Assembly: GCA_964510885.1 (NCBI GenBank)
Contig: CAZEDL010000001.1
Span: 684-64,683 of the forward strand
DNA length: 64,000 bases
Origin: an uncultured Gammaproteobacteria bacterium
Lineage (GTDB): Bacteria > Patescibacteriota > Patescibacteriia > Magasanikbacterales > GWA2-37-8
Direction: 5' to 3'
The notes beneath the pieces are model-generated. The model was not told where the DNA came from and did not search any database. It saw nothing but the letters and a program-made list of their open reading frames with translations. Shown here piece by piece: positions 10,010 through 18,868 of this stretch (position 1 is the stretch's first letter; every line of letters starts with the position of its first letter). A program made the position numbers and the translations under genes.

Positions 10010-10717
10010 TTAACGGGTGGCAGTGGCTGGAGCCGGCGCCAGATTGACGGTTAGAATGGCGTAATCAGTGCCGGGCCGGTTGGCTTCGTCGCCTTCGGCC
10101 AAGATAGAGCCGGTAATCCCGGCTTTGTTCTCGAATGATACTTGTTTGATGGTCTGGCCGGTGGTTTCCTGAACAATGGTGTAGCCAGCTTTGCGCAGTT
10201 CGGTTTTGTAGTAGTTCGCTACAAATGAAGGTTCGGCATCCATGTTGTGCCATTCGATCTGGATGGTGTCGCGATGATCCGAAACAGGGGTGGCCAGGAT
10301 GTGCCAGGTTTTGGTGAGCGTGCCGACGCGGCTATCCGGCTCTGAGCTCTGGGTGCCAGTGTTATTTTTGGAGAGGAACAATTGCGATAAAATTAATTTA
10401 GGGAAAAAGGCGGCGATTTCTACGGCTCGGTTTTTATATCCGCCGGAAACAAAGGTGATGCGTTCGATGGCATCGCGATCATAGACCGGAATTTCTTTGG
10501 GGAAGCTAGGCGGCACGTTTGATAGTACAGTCGGGCCTTTGCCTACGGCCAAGCGAAAGGCGATAATACTGCCCACGATAAAAATAATAATAGCTAAACA
10601 GCCGGTGAATAGAATCCGGCGCAAGCCGAAGTGGCTTTTGGTAAGTTCGCCGATCGGAGGTTCAACGATCTCTATCTCGTCAAGCAAATCGGGGTTTATA
10701 GCCATAGATAATGACAA
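10010..10717 (-). CDS. hypothetical membrane-anchored protein (single TM, extracytoplasmic domain)
   Basis: One TM helix (ILFTGCLAIIIFIVGSIIAF), then a hydrophilic domain; tightly coupled upstream of murJ. Confidence 0.5.
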   Translation of the reverse strand: MSLSMAINPDLLDEIEIVEPPIGELTKSHFGLRRILFTGCLAIIIFIVGSIIAFRLAVGKGPTVLSNVPPSFPKEIPVYDRDAIERITFVSGGYKNRAVEIAAFFPKLILSQLFLSKNNTGTQSSEPDSRVGTLTKTWHILATPVSDHRDTIQIEWHNMDAEPSFVANYYKTELRKAGYTIVQETTGQTIKQVSFENKAGITGSILAEGDEANRPGTDYAILTVNLAPAPATATR

Positions 10718-10870
10718 TAGTAATCAATCCAGCCAGAAACAGGGAAACTGGTCAGATTTTAACAGGTTTTTATCCTTTTGAATAGTCCTCAATTAGCCAC
10801 TTTTATTGTTTGTTTCTGGGTAATATGATTTAATGTATTAATTATCTGATTTCGTTTTTAATATAAGTGT

Positions 10871-12238
10871 ATGCGTATTTCTTTTTTGGGTGCTGCTGGC
10901 CAGGTGACTGGTTCATCGAGCTTGATTGAAGCTGGTGCATACCGAATTTTGATCGATTGTGGGATGTTTCAGGGTGGCGAAGATAACGAGATTCATAATT
11001 GGGATCCACTGCCGTTTGATCCGACCACGTTGACCCATGTGTTTGTGACCCATGCGCACCTTGATCATGTGGGGCGATTACCGCTTCTTATCCAGGGTGG
11101 GTACCAAGGCTTTATCTATGCCACGCCGCCGACCGCGGCACTTGCCAGTCTCATCCTGAACGATGCGCGCGGTGTGATGGAACATAACCAGCACATGACC
11201 GGCCGAACGCCGCTGTATACCGAAGCTGATATTGCGAATCTCGTTAGTCGGTTCAAACATATTGATTATGATGAGCCGATGGAACTCAAGACAGGAACGA
11301 CTAGCGGCGCACAGGTGACACTGCATGATGCCGGACATATTTTTGGTTCGGCTTTTATCGAGCTTCAGATAGAAGGAAAAAAAATTGTATTTTCGGGTGA
11401 TGTCGGAAATATCCAGGTGCCGATTCTACGCGACACAGCAGCACTGCCGTCAGATATTGATGTCCTGGTGTGCGAATCAACGTATGGCAACCGTAAGCAC
11501 GAATCAGTTACCGAGCGCCGGGCTCTGATCGAGCGCATGGTGCGCGAAGCGATGGAGCGCGGAGGCGTATTATTGATTCCGTCATTTTCACTCGAACGTA
11601 CGCAGGAATTAATTTATGAATTGAATGATCTGGTGGCGCGCAAACATCAATTGCCACGTATCCCGATTTTTCTGGATAGTCCGCTGGCGATTGATGCGCT
11701 ACGGGTGTATCGCCAGTTCCCTAAATATTATGATGCCGAAGCCAAGCACCTGATTTCGATCGGTGATGATTTATTCCAGTTCCCCGGGCTTACCTTTACC
11801 TATTCGCGGGATGAATCAAAACATATTAATAATACGCCTGGATCAAAAATTATTATTGCTGGTGCGGGCATGATGAATGGTGGGCGGATTGTGCATCATG
11901 CACGGCGCTATTTGTCGGATGAACGCAATACGCTTTTGATTATTGGGTATCAAGCTGAAGGCACGCTCGGCCGTCGCATTCTTGATGGTGAGTCGCCAGT
12001 TGTGATCATGGGTGAGCGAGTGGCGGTGAAATGCCAGGTGAAAGCCACGGGTGCATTATCTGCTCATGGCGATCAGGATAAATTGGTTAAATGGATTTGC
12101 GATACCAAAATTCATCCGAAACTTGTATACCTTAATCATGGCGAGCCGAAAAATGGAGCGGTGCTGGCGGAGAGATTGGAGAAGGAAGTAGGTAGCAAGG
12201 CGGTGCCGGTGGAAGAAGGAATGGTTATTGAGGTATAA
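10871..12238 (+). CDS. MBL-fold beta-CASP family ribonuclease (RNA-metabolising metallo-beta-lactamase)
   Basis: HxHxDH motif (HAHLDHVGRLP), later D and H motifs (DAGHIFGS, ESTYGN, SAHGD); 455 aa like the short beta-CASP RNases. Confidence 0.75.
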   Translation: MRISFLGAAGQVTGSSSLIEAGAYRILIDCGMFQGGEDNEIHNWDPLPFDPTTLTHVFVTHAHLDHVGRLPLLIQGGYQGFIYATPPTAALASLILNDARGVMEHNQHMTGRTPLYTEADIANLVSRFKHIDYDEPMELKTGTTSGAQVTLHDAGHIFGSAFIELQIEGKKIVFSGDVGNIQVPILRDTAALPSDIDVLVCESTYGNRKHESVTERRALIERMVREAMERGGVLLIPSFSLERTQELIYELNDLVARKHQLPRIPIFLDSPLAIDALRVYRQFPKYYDAEAKHLISIGDDLFQFPGLTFTYSRDESKHINNTPGSKIIIAGAGMMNGGRIVHHARRYLSDERNTLLIIGYQAEGTLGRRILDGESPVVIMGERVAVKCQVKATGALSAHGDQDKLVKWICDTKIHPKLVYLNHGEPKNGAVLAERLEKEVGSKAVPVEEGMVIEV

Positions 12239-12269
12239 AAACTTCTTTTTAAGAAAAATTTTTTTACTT

Positions 12270-12304
12270 ATCCACACATTTAGCATGTGTGGATTTTTTT
12301 ATTT
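12270..12304 (+). terminator. rho-independent terminator after the beta-CASP gene
   Basis: atccacacat-ttagc-atgtgtggat followed by a T7 run. Confidence 0.6.
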
Positions 12305-12347
12305 AATTTTAGCCAAAAAATTGTTTTATAATTTTTGGGGAAAAGTG

Positions 12348-12376
12348 TTGACGGGTGCAGCTATGTGGTATAAAAT
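12348..12376 (+). promoter_or_regulatory. candidate promoter of the dcw (mraZ) operon, TTGACG-N17-TAAAAT
   Basis: ttgacgggtgcagctatgtggtataaaat; a second TTGACA lies immediately 5' of the mraZ ATG. Confidence 0.35.
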
Positions 12377-12502
12377 GGGGTCAAGTGGTATAAAGTGGTA
12401 AACGAAGAATTGGACAAGAATGCTTGTTTTGTTCACCTTCATTTATCTTTTTAACCTCCGTCGTACATTGACATGTCCGGTGCGTACGGAATCTAAAATG
12501 TT

Positions 12503-12934
12503 ATGTTCATCGGCGAATACAGTCATACCCTTGATGATAAAGGACGCGTGGCGATCCCAATTAAGTTCCGCCCCAGCCTTAAAAAAGGCGCGGTGGTGAC
12601 GCGCGGGCTTGATCATTGCTTGTTTGTATATACCGCTGCCGAGTGGGGCAAGCTGGCCGAGAAATTGGTCAATTTGCCCATCAGTCAGGCTAATAGTCGG
12701 GCCTTTGCCCGCCTCATGCTAGCCGGAGCGATGGACATTGGTGTTGATAAGCAGGGTCGTGTGATCTTGCCAGATTACCTACGTGAATTTGCCCAGCTTA
12801 AAAAAGATGTGATTGTGGCAGGCCTCTATAATCGTCTGGAAATTTGGGATGCTGCTACCTGGAAGAGGTATAAAGAGCAGACCGAAGCCGAAAGCAATGC
12901 CATTGCGGAACGCATGGGTGAACTTGGTGTGTAA
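12503..12934 (+). CDS. mraZ: transcriptional regulator MraZ
   Basis: MFIGEYSHTLDDKGRVAIP and a second DKQGRVILP repeat (duplicated MraZ domain). Confidence 0.9.
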   Translation: MFIGEYSHTLDDKGRVAIPIKFRPSLKKGAVVTRGLDHCLFVYTAAEWGKLAEKLVNLPISQANSRAFARLMLAGAMDIGVDKQGRVILPDYLREFAQLKKDVIVAGLYNRLEIWDAATWKRYKEQTEAESNAIAERMGELGV

Positions 12935-12945
12935 TCGACGTCACT

Positions 12946-13869
12946 ATGCCTCGACATGAATCGGTATTCCCGGAAGAAGTGATTACTGGATTAGCCCTCA
13001 AAGCCGGGGCCCATATTATTGACGGCACGCTTGGGGATGGTGGTCACAGCGAACGGGTTCTTAAAAAGATTGGCATCAAAGGGCGGTTGCTCGGAATTGA
13101 TGCAGATCCGGAATCGCTCCTACGTGCCAAACAATATCTCTATCCGTGGGCAGAGCAAACCACCTTTGTCCGCGATAACTTCGTTAATCTGAGTGAAATT
13201 GTGCGAGCACATAATTTTACTCCGGTGAATGGAATTGTGCTTGACCTTGGGTGGTCAAGCCCGCAGTTTGCCGAACGTGGGCGTGGATTCAGCTTTGACC
13301 CGGCAATGGGTCAAGATGAGCCGCTCGATATGCGGTATGACCCGAATGCGACCACCGGAACTGCGGCAGAGCTCTTGAATACGTTATCTGCCGATGAGTT
13401 AACCAGTATTTTTCACCGCTATGGTGAAGAAAAATTTGACCGGGCCATTGCCGAATCAATTGTAGAAGCGCGGAAACATAAGCAGTTTGAACGAACGAGT
13501 GAGTTGGTGAATGTGGTGCTTGATGTCTATCGCACAAAGTTGCACAGCACCAAAGAAGTGCCCTGGGTAGGCGGTATTCATCCGGCCACCAAGGTGTTCC
13601 AGGCGCTCCGCATTGCGGTCAATCAAGAGCTTAGCGTTCTCGAACAGGTGTTGCCCCAAGCTGTAGATATACTTGCACCCGGTGGGCGGCTCGCGATCAT
13701 TACGTTTCATTCGCTTGAGGACCGAATAGTAAAACATTTTTTTCAACAAGGGTCGGTGGCCGATCGAATAACGGTCATCACTAAAAAACCACTAATTCCA
13801 AGTGAGGCAGAACTAGCTGCTAACCCCCGGGCGCGCAGTGCCAAACTCCGAATAGTAGCCAAGAAGTAA
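12946..13869 (+). CDS. rsmH: 16S rRNA m4C1402 methyltransferase RsmH (MraW)
   Basis: IIDGTLGDGGHSERVL SAM motif, LDLGWSSPQF, ITFHSLEDR; follows mraZ. Confidence 0.9.
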   Translation: MPRHESVFPEEVITGLALKAGAHIIDGTLGDGGHSERVLKKIGIKGRLLGIDADPESLLRAKQYLYPWAEQTTFVRDNFVNLSEIVRAHNFTPVNGIVLDLGWSSPQFAERGRGFSFDPAMGQDEPLDMRYDPNATTGTAAELLNTLSADELTSIFHRYGEEKFDRAIAESIVEARKHKQFERTSELVNVVLDVYRTKLHSTKEVPWVGGIHPATKVFQALRIAVNQELSVLEQVLPQAVDILAPGGRLAIITFHSLEDRIVKHFFQQGSVADRITVITKKPLIPSEAELAANPRARSAKLRIVAKK

Positions 13870-13888
13870 TTTATTTTAACCCTGGTAT

Positions 13889-14248
13889 ATGCGTCTTAAG
13901 CGCCAGCTCGAATATCAAACCCGTCATTTCCTTCATTTTTTACAAACCATTGAATTACCGGTAGCACTATTGTCTCCCCGGTTGAAACGCGGTTTGTTTA
14001 TGGCAGTGATTGTGTTTGGAATTGGGTATGTATTTCAGATGAGCTCGCTTTCGACCAGCGGCTATGTGATTCAGGATCTTGAAAAGCAGATTGCTGGTTT
14101 GAATTCTGAGCAGCAGAAACTTGATGTGGCGGTGGCTACTGGTCAATCGATGGCTAGTATCCAAGAACGACTCCCTCATTTGCGCCTGACCCCGATTGCT
14201 AAGATTGAACATGTGCAGCTGACTACGCAAACGGCACTGGCACGCTAA
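13889..14248 (+). CDS. putative FtsL-like division protein (single TM plus coiled coil)
   Basis: Position after rsmH, one TM helix, heptad-like QDLEKQIAGLNSEQQKLD; no direct homology evidence. Confidence 0.4.
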   Translation: MRLKRQLEYQTRHFLHFLQTIELPVALLSPRLKRGLFMAVIVFGIGYVFQMSSLSTSGYVIQDLEKQIAGLNSEQQKLDVAVATGQSMASIQERLPHLRLTPIAKIEHVQLTTQTALAR

Positions 14249-14282
14249 GGTTGGCAAGAGGTGATTTTAATATGTTATACTA

Positions 14283-14313
14283 AATACCAGTTTTCAGACT
14301 GGTATTTTTGTTT
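14283..14313 (+). terminator. rho-independent terminator between ftsL-like and PNPT genes
   Basis: aataccagt-tttcag-actggtatt followed by tttgttt. Confidence 0.5.
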
Positions 14314-14318
14314 AGTCT

Positions 14319-15371
14319 ATGATTTTTTTTCTGGCTGCATTTGGAGTGTCTCTGCTTGCTACTTATGGCGTGAAATATCTGGCTCGATCGCTCGAGATTG
14401 TGGATTGGCCTGATGGCGAGCGTAAGCTGCATACTAAGCCGGTGGCGCTGCTTGGCGGGTTGGCAATTTTTATTTCATTCTGGTTGGTTGCCGGATATGT
14501 CAGTTTTTTTACTACTGCCTTTGAGCCGCATATCCATGGGGGGCAACTTTTGGGGATTTTTTTAGCTAGTTCTATCCTGATGATTCTTGGCAGTATTGAT
14601 GATGTGAAATCCCTAGGGCCGTGGGTTCGTTTACTTGTCACTGCGGCGGCGGTTTTACTGGTATTATTTTTTGGGGTTGGTCTTGATAAAATTACCAATC
14701 CCTTCGGCGGTAGTTTTGATCTTAATTTTTGGACGGTTTCGCTATCAAGTCTTGGCACGATAGCGGTGGTGGGGGATGCGCTGGTTTTTTTCTGGTTGTT
14801 TGGGATGATGTATACCACCAAGGTTTTGGACGGCTTAGATGGTCTGGCAGCGGGCATTGTGACGATTGGGCTTTTCATGGTGTATTTTTTGACTCAAACT
14901 AAAAAGTTTTGGCAGCCGGATGTGGGGCTTATGGCCCTGATTGCAGCCGGGGCAGTGCTCGGATTTTTGTGTTTTAATTTTCATCCGGCCAAGATATTTT
15001 TGGGTGAAGGGGGAAGCCTCTTGATCGGGTTTTTGCTTGGTGTTTTGGCGGTTATTTCGGGCGGAAAAATTGCCACAGCGCTCCTCGTGATGGCGGTGCC
15101 GATTCTGGATTTGGTCCGGGTGATTTATGTGCGCTGGCGCGATGGACGGTCGGTATTTCAGGGGGATCGCGAGCACCTGCATTTCCGCTTGCGCGATGCC
15201 GGATTTTCGGAGCGGGGAGCAGTGTTATTTTTATATGCCGTAGCCTTGGTGTTTGGCTTTACCACCTTATTTTTGCAAAGTAAATTTAAATTAATTACCC
15301 TGCTTGGCCTCGCGATTGCGATGGGATTATTTGGGATCTGGCTTGGGAAAGCGCCGCGGCGTCAGCAATAA
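14319..15371 (+). CDS. polyprenyl-phosphate N-acetylhexosamine-1-phosphate transferase (GT4, MraY/WecA superfamily; looks more WecA/TagO-like than MraY)
   Basis: 10-11 TM; DDVKSLGPWVRL, KVLDGLDGLAAG (NxxDGxDGL motif), GEGGSLLIGF; loop DREHLHFRL resembles the WecA HLHH motif more than the MraY HHH motif. Confidence 0.7.
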   Translation: MIFFLAAFGVSLLATYGVKYLARSLEIVDWPDGERKLHTKPVALLGGLAIFISFWLVAGYVSFFTTAFEPHIHGGQLLGIFLASSILMILGSIDDVKSLGPWVRLLVTAAAVLLVLFFGVGLDKITNPFGGSFDLNFWTVSLSSLGTIAVVGDALVFFWLFGMMYTTKVLDGLDGLAAGIVTIGLFMVYFLTQTKKFWQPDVGLMALIAAGAVLGFLCFNFHPAKIFLGEGGSLLIGFLLGVLAVISGGKIATALLVMAVPILDLVRVIYVRWRDGRSVFQGDREHLHFRLRDAGFSERGAVLFLYAVALVFGFTTLFLQSKFKLITLLGLAIAMGLFGIWLGKAPRRQQ

Positions 15372-15379
15372 TTTCTACT

Positions 15380-15859
15380 ATGCTTCTCGCTTCTAAACAT
15401 AAAGGACCGGTAAAAATTTGGCATCTAGTGCTATTTGCACTTATTATTTTGGCTGCGATCGGGACACGGCTATATGCGCGTTATTGGCCAACTGGCATTG
15501 TGCGGATTGGCGGGCAGGAGTTAAAAGTGTGGGTAGCGGATAACGATCGCCACCGGTTCCGGGGGCTGAGTGACCGCCGTGATCTTGGAGGTAAGGGTGG
15601 AATGTTATTTGTGTTTCCCGTGCGTAGTCAGCATACTATGGTGATGCGGGAGATGAATTTTCCTCTTGATATTGTGTGGCTGGATGGAAACACGATCGTA
15701 GATATTGCACCAAATTTGCCGCCTGAACCAGGGCGCCCTGAAAGCGAGCTGACACCCTATCCCGGACGTGCACCATCTACAAAAGTCCTCGAATTACCGG
15801 CCGGCTTTACCGCTACGTATGTGGTGGCGGTGGGTGATACGGTGACAATTGCTTATTAA
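15380..15859 (+). CDS. DUF192 domain protein
   Basis: N-terminal TM, MLFVFP..., DIVWLD, LELPAGF motifs recalled from DUF192/COG1430. Confidence 0.6.
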   Translation: MLLASKHKGPVKIWHLVLFALIILAAIGTRLYARYWPTGIVRIGGQELKVWVADNDRHRFRGLSDRRDLGGKGGMLFVFPVRSQHTMVMREMNFPLDIVWLDGNTIVDIAPNLPPEPGRPESELTPYPGRAPSTKVLELPAGFTATYVVAVGDTVTIAY

Positions 15860-15893
15860 TTTGGCTAAAATAAGCAAAAATAATGCGCTTAAC

Positions 15894-15977
15894 TGTCATT
15901 CCCGCGCAAGCGGGAATCTAAGGTGGTTTAACAAAGTCTATAGTGTTTACTGGATTCCAGCTTGCGCGGGAATGACA
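15894..15977. repeat. palindromic intergenic repeat element (TGTCATTCCCGCGCAAGCGGGAATC ... GGATTCCAGCTTGCGCGGGAATGACA)
   Basis: About 24-bp terminal inverted repeats with an internal ATTCCCGC-GCAA-GCGGGAAT hairpin; related copies at 37677-37827 and 55085-55192. Confidence 0.6.
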
Positions 15978-16072
15978 AAACGAGTTTTTGGCGAATAATA
16001 CACATTATTTAATTGACAACGATTACGTTTTAGGCTATACTCTACTGCGTTAGTATATTTTAAGCAGTTTTT

Positions 16073-16378
16073 ATGCAGGCAGTTATTGCTACCGGTGGTA
16101 AACAATATTGGGTTAAGACTGGAGACGTCCTTAAGGTTGAAAAGCTGGTTGGCGACGAAGGTCAGACAATTACTTTCAATGAAGTCTTGTTTCAGGCAGC
16201 AGATGATGGCAGTGACTTGAAGGTTGGTATGCCGACCCTCATGGGTGCTACGGTCAGCGCGGTGATTGTGAAGCAGGGCAAGCATCGCACGGTGCGCGTA
16301 GAGAAATTTAAACGCAAAGTGCGGTATCACAAAGTGCATGGACAGCGTCAGCGGTATACGGAAGTGAAAATTTCATAA
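16073..16378 (+). CDS. rplU: 50S ribosomal protein L21
   Basis: MQAVIATGGKQYWVKTGDVLKVEKL ... RRYTEVKI; canonical bL21. Confidence 0.9.
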   Translation: MQAVIATGGKQYWVKTGDVLKVEKLVGDEGQTITFNEVLFQAADDGSDLKVGMPTLMGATVSAVIVKQGKHRTVRVEKFKRKVRYHKVHGQRQRYTEVKIS

Positions 16379-16385
16379 TAGATAT

Positions 16386-16417
16386 AAAAAAATCCCGATA
16401 TATACTCGGGATTTTTT
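16386..16417. terminator. bidirectional rho-independent terminator after rplU
   Basis: aaaaaatcccga-tatatac-tcgggatttttt. Confidence 0.6.
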
Positions 16418-16991
16418 AATACATTTTTTTAATATTTTTTTGTTTTTCTTGCTTAATTTTTTCGGCTTGCCAACGTTTGGGACTGAAACAACTTTTGCTC
16501 TCCCAGCTAATCCCAAAGTTTGCTAAGAAGGTTCGCAGTGGGCCCGGTGGTTTAATTTTACAAATAGTTTCGGTTTCTGAGTAGAATAGGTCCGTTGGGA
16601 GGCCGTGGTCTTTCCAGGTTTGTTGAAGGTCTGTGAATTCACTGCGTGTTAGGTTTAAGGCCCAACAACAATTGTCATCGTAATGACTAAACGTGCTATC
16701 GGGATTACTTGGGTCGTTGCCAATGATAACTTTAAATAGATCGGGGGTGGCTGAGTTTGTATTGGTTTGTATCCACGTAAAAATTTCTGAAATAACTGCT
16801 TCTCTCTCAGCGGGGGTCCCAGTGAGGTCGCCAGATCTAGCTTCCTTCTTTGCACCTTTAAGTGGGTAGAGAATTTCGGCTTCGTAATAACTAGCCGTGC
16901 GACTGATATGCCCGGCAGTTATTTGGATAGCCTTAGGAAACTCGACACTCTTTTCATCAAAAAAATAATAGAGCTCGGGAAGATAGATCAT
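16416..16991 (-). CDS. hypothetical protein (191 aa from internal ATG), co-transcribed downstream of recR
   Basis: The ORF-track start overlaps recR. The ATG at 16991 (MIYLPELYYFF) lies 4 nt after the recR stop. Cys/Trp-containing, no recognised family. Confidence 0.5.
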   Translation of the reverse strand: MIYLPELYYFFDEKSVEFPKAIQITAGHISRTASYYEAEILYPLKGAKKEARSGDLTGTPAEREAVISEIFTWIQTNTNSATPDLFKVIIGNDPSNPDSTFSHYDDNCCWALNLTRSEFTDLQQTWKDHGLPTDLFYSETETICKIKPPGPLRTFLANFGISWESKSCFSPKRWQAEKIKQEKQKNIKKMY

Positions 16992-16995
16992 AGAT

Positions 16996-17595
16996 TTATT
17001 TTTCCGTTCGGCCTTTGAGGGCATTGCCGAGGGTGATTTCGTCGGCATATTGAAGGTCGCTGCCCATGGGGAGGCCGCGGGCAAGGCGGGTGATTTTTAG
17101 GTCGGGTTTTAGTTTTTTGATCTGTTGTTCCAGATATAGCCGAGTGGTTTCTCCGGGAAGGTCGGGATTCAAAGCGATGATTATTTCTTGCGGCGTTTCA
17201 GCGGTAACTCTTTTCAGAAGTTCTAGAATCTTGGTTTTATCGAGTTCGTCTTGATCGAGCGAATCGATCGTGCCGCGCAGCACATGATAGCGGCCTTTAT
17301 ATTGTTTAGTTTTTTCGAGAGCCACGAGTTCGGGTGGATTGGCTACCACGCAGATCATGGCGGCGTCTCGGCTTGCATCAGCGCAAATGGGGCAGGGATT
17401 ACTGTCGGAAAAATCCCAGCAGGTTTCGCAGCTTTTTACGTTGTCTATTACTTCTTTAAGGGCGATGAGGAGCTCCGTGGCTTCTTTTTTGCCTGATTTA
17501 AGCCAGTGAAATAAAAATTTTTCCGCCGTGTGTTGTCCAACGGTGGGGAGTTTTTTGAGTTGTTTGAGAAGGCTTTGGATGGAAGGACTATACAT
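16996..17595 (-). CDS. recR: recombination protein RecR
   Basis: HhH region (LPTVGQHTAEKF), C4 zinc finger CETC...CPIC, Toprim region RGLPMGSDLQYADEITLGNAL; start taken at MYSPSIQ, abutting the stop of the upstream gene. Confidence 0.9.
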   Translation of the reverse strand: MYSPSIQSLLKQLKKLPTVGQHTAEKFLFHWLKSGKKEATELLIALKEVIDNVKSCETCWDFSDSNPCPICADASRDAAMICVVANPPELVALEKTKQYKGRYHVLRGTIDSLDQDELDKTKILELLKRVTAETPQEIIIALNPDLPGETTRLYLEQQIKKLKPDLKITRLARGLPMGSDLQYADEITLGNALKGRTEK

Positions 17596-17596
17596 G

Positions 17597-18865
17597 TTAA
17601 ACGCGAGAAAGATCGGTATGAGCAAATTTTTTAATTTGATCCATAGCTTTTTTAGCGACTGCTCTATCTTCGTTAATTATCCAGTGGGCAGCAGGAAACA
17701 AGGTTGATTTCATGCCCTCTGTATCAGGATCAAACTCTAATTCTAATCTTTTAAGCACTTCCGATTCTTCAATGTGGCCAGCTTCAAATTCATCCATGGC
17801 ATGATCGTATTCGTTTAAAAATTCTCTAAAATTCTGCTGAATCGTAGAAATTTTTGCTCGAAATTCTTGTTCTGATGTCTTTATCAGTTTTAGGAGGGCT
17901 GCAGAAATTTGCGAGTCTGGCTCAGTTTCGGCAGCTTTTATTGCTTGGTCAGAAAAAAATTGAATTTTTTTATCAATGGTTGCTTTAAGATTTTCGAATG
18001 GATCGCTGAACAGTTCTTGCTCAGTATTAAGATATGTAAAATTAGCTCGGGCTACTTCGCTTAGGTCGTAGGTGAGCTGCATGACTTCGTTAGCGATGAT
18101 CAGGGCGGAAGTAATTGTTTCGGGAGATCGAGCAGTTATTTTTTCATATATATATCCCTGATTATGTTCAGGTTCGTTTTGACCAGGCTTTCTTTTGCTA
18201 ATAGTTGCTTCTTTTAATCCTAATAATTCCAACAAAGCTTTATTGGTTGCTGGCCAATCTCGTTGGTGGAGTAGGGGTTGTTCTTCAAAAACCAAAAAAC
18301 CTCCTTCAGCTACTTGGAGATAATTCTCTTTGTCTAAACGATGGTTTATACCTGGGAAGATTTTTTCTTGGCCGGATTCGTCGCTCAAGCGAAGATCTTG
18401 TCCAGCTCCGGTTGGTGCGTACACATACCAGAGATCCACTTTTTTTCCTCCCCTTTTTTTTTCATCTACCAAACGTGCGTCCATGGTCAGCTCTGTTACG
18501 GTCCGTAGTTCACCCGCAAATTCAAAATTAAATATACGAGTCTGCGGTTCGGGTGTGGTAGTAGTATAAGGAATGCCTAATTGTTGAAGTTCGTTTGCAA
18601 AGCTACGCTCCACTGTGATGGTGTGGTCACAGTAGATAAATCTTTTTAAGTTAAAGGCTAAAAAAACTCGGAATGCATCTCCTCCGCACGCTGGATAATA
18701 CCCCGATTTAGGGGGGTGTTCAGCGGTAGCATCACGGGTTGATTCAATATTAGCCTTAAGTATAGATGGAGAAATGTTTCTGTTTTTGGCGATTAGTTCA
18801 ACCGCTTGTTGTAGTTGGTGGTGGCGCGATTCATTATCTAAAAATAACCTTGACTCTTGGTTCAT
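17597..18865 (-). CDS. hypothetical 422-aa protein inserted between ybaB and recR
   Basis: Long ORF, translationally coupled to recR (stop at 17597, recR start at 17595); no recognisable motifs. Confidence 0.6.
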   Translation of the reverse strand: MNQESRLFLDNESRHHQLQQAVELIAKNRNISPSILKANIESTRDATAEHPPKSGYYPACGGDAFRVFLAFNLKRFIYCDHTITVERSFANELQQLGIPYTTTTPEPQTRIFNFEFAGELRTVTELTMDARLVDEKKRGGKKVDLWYVYAPTGAGQDLRLSDESGQEKIFPGINHRLDKENYLQVAEGGFLVFEEQPLLHQRDWPATNKALLELLGLKEATISKRKPGQNEPEHNQGYIYEKITARSPETITSALIIANEVMQLTYDLSEVARANFTYLNTEQELFSDPFENLKATIDKKIQFFSDQAIKAAETEPDSQISAALLKLIKTSEQEFRAKISTIQQNFREFLNEYDHAMDEFEAGHIEESEVLKRLELEFDPDTEGMKSTLFPAAHWIINEDRAVAKKAMDQIKKFAHTDLSRV

Positions 18866-18868
18866 ATT

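Noticed and set aside
14319-15371. Calling this gene mraY outright
   Set aside because: The loop motif resembles WecA/TagO (HLHF) rather than MraY (HHH). I left it as a PNPT/GT4 family call without a gene symbol.
15894-15977. Asserting homology of the ATTCCCGC...GCGGGAAT core to Neisseria dRS3 repeats
   Set aside because: The resemblance rests only on a short motif I recalled from memory. It is mentioned as a curiosity, not claimed as homology.
15947-16339. 130-aa minus-strand ORF
   Set aside because: It is antisense to the clearly genuine rplU and starts inside the palindromic repeat, so it is a spurious ORF.
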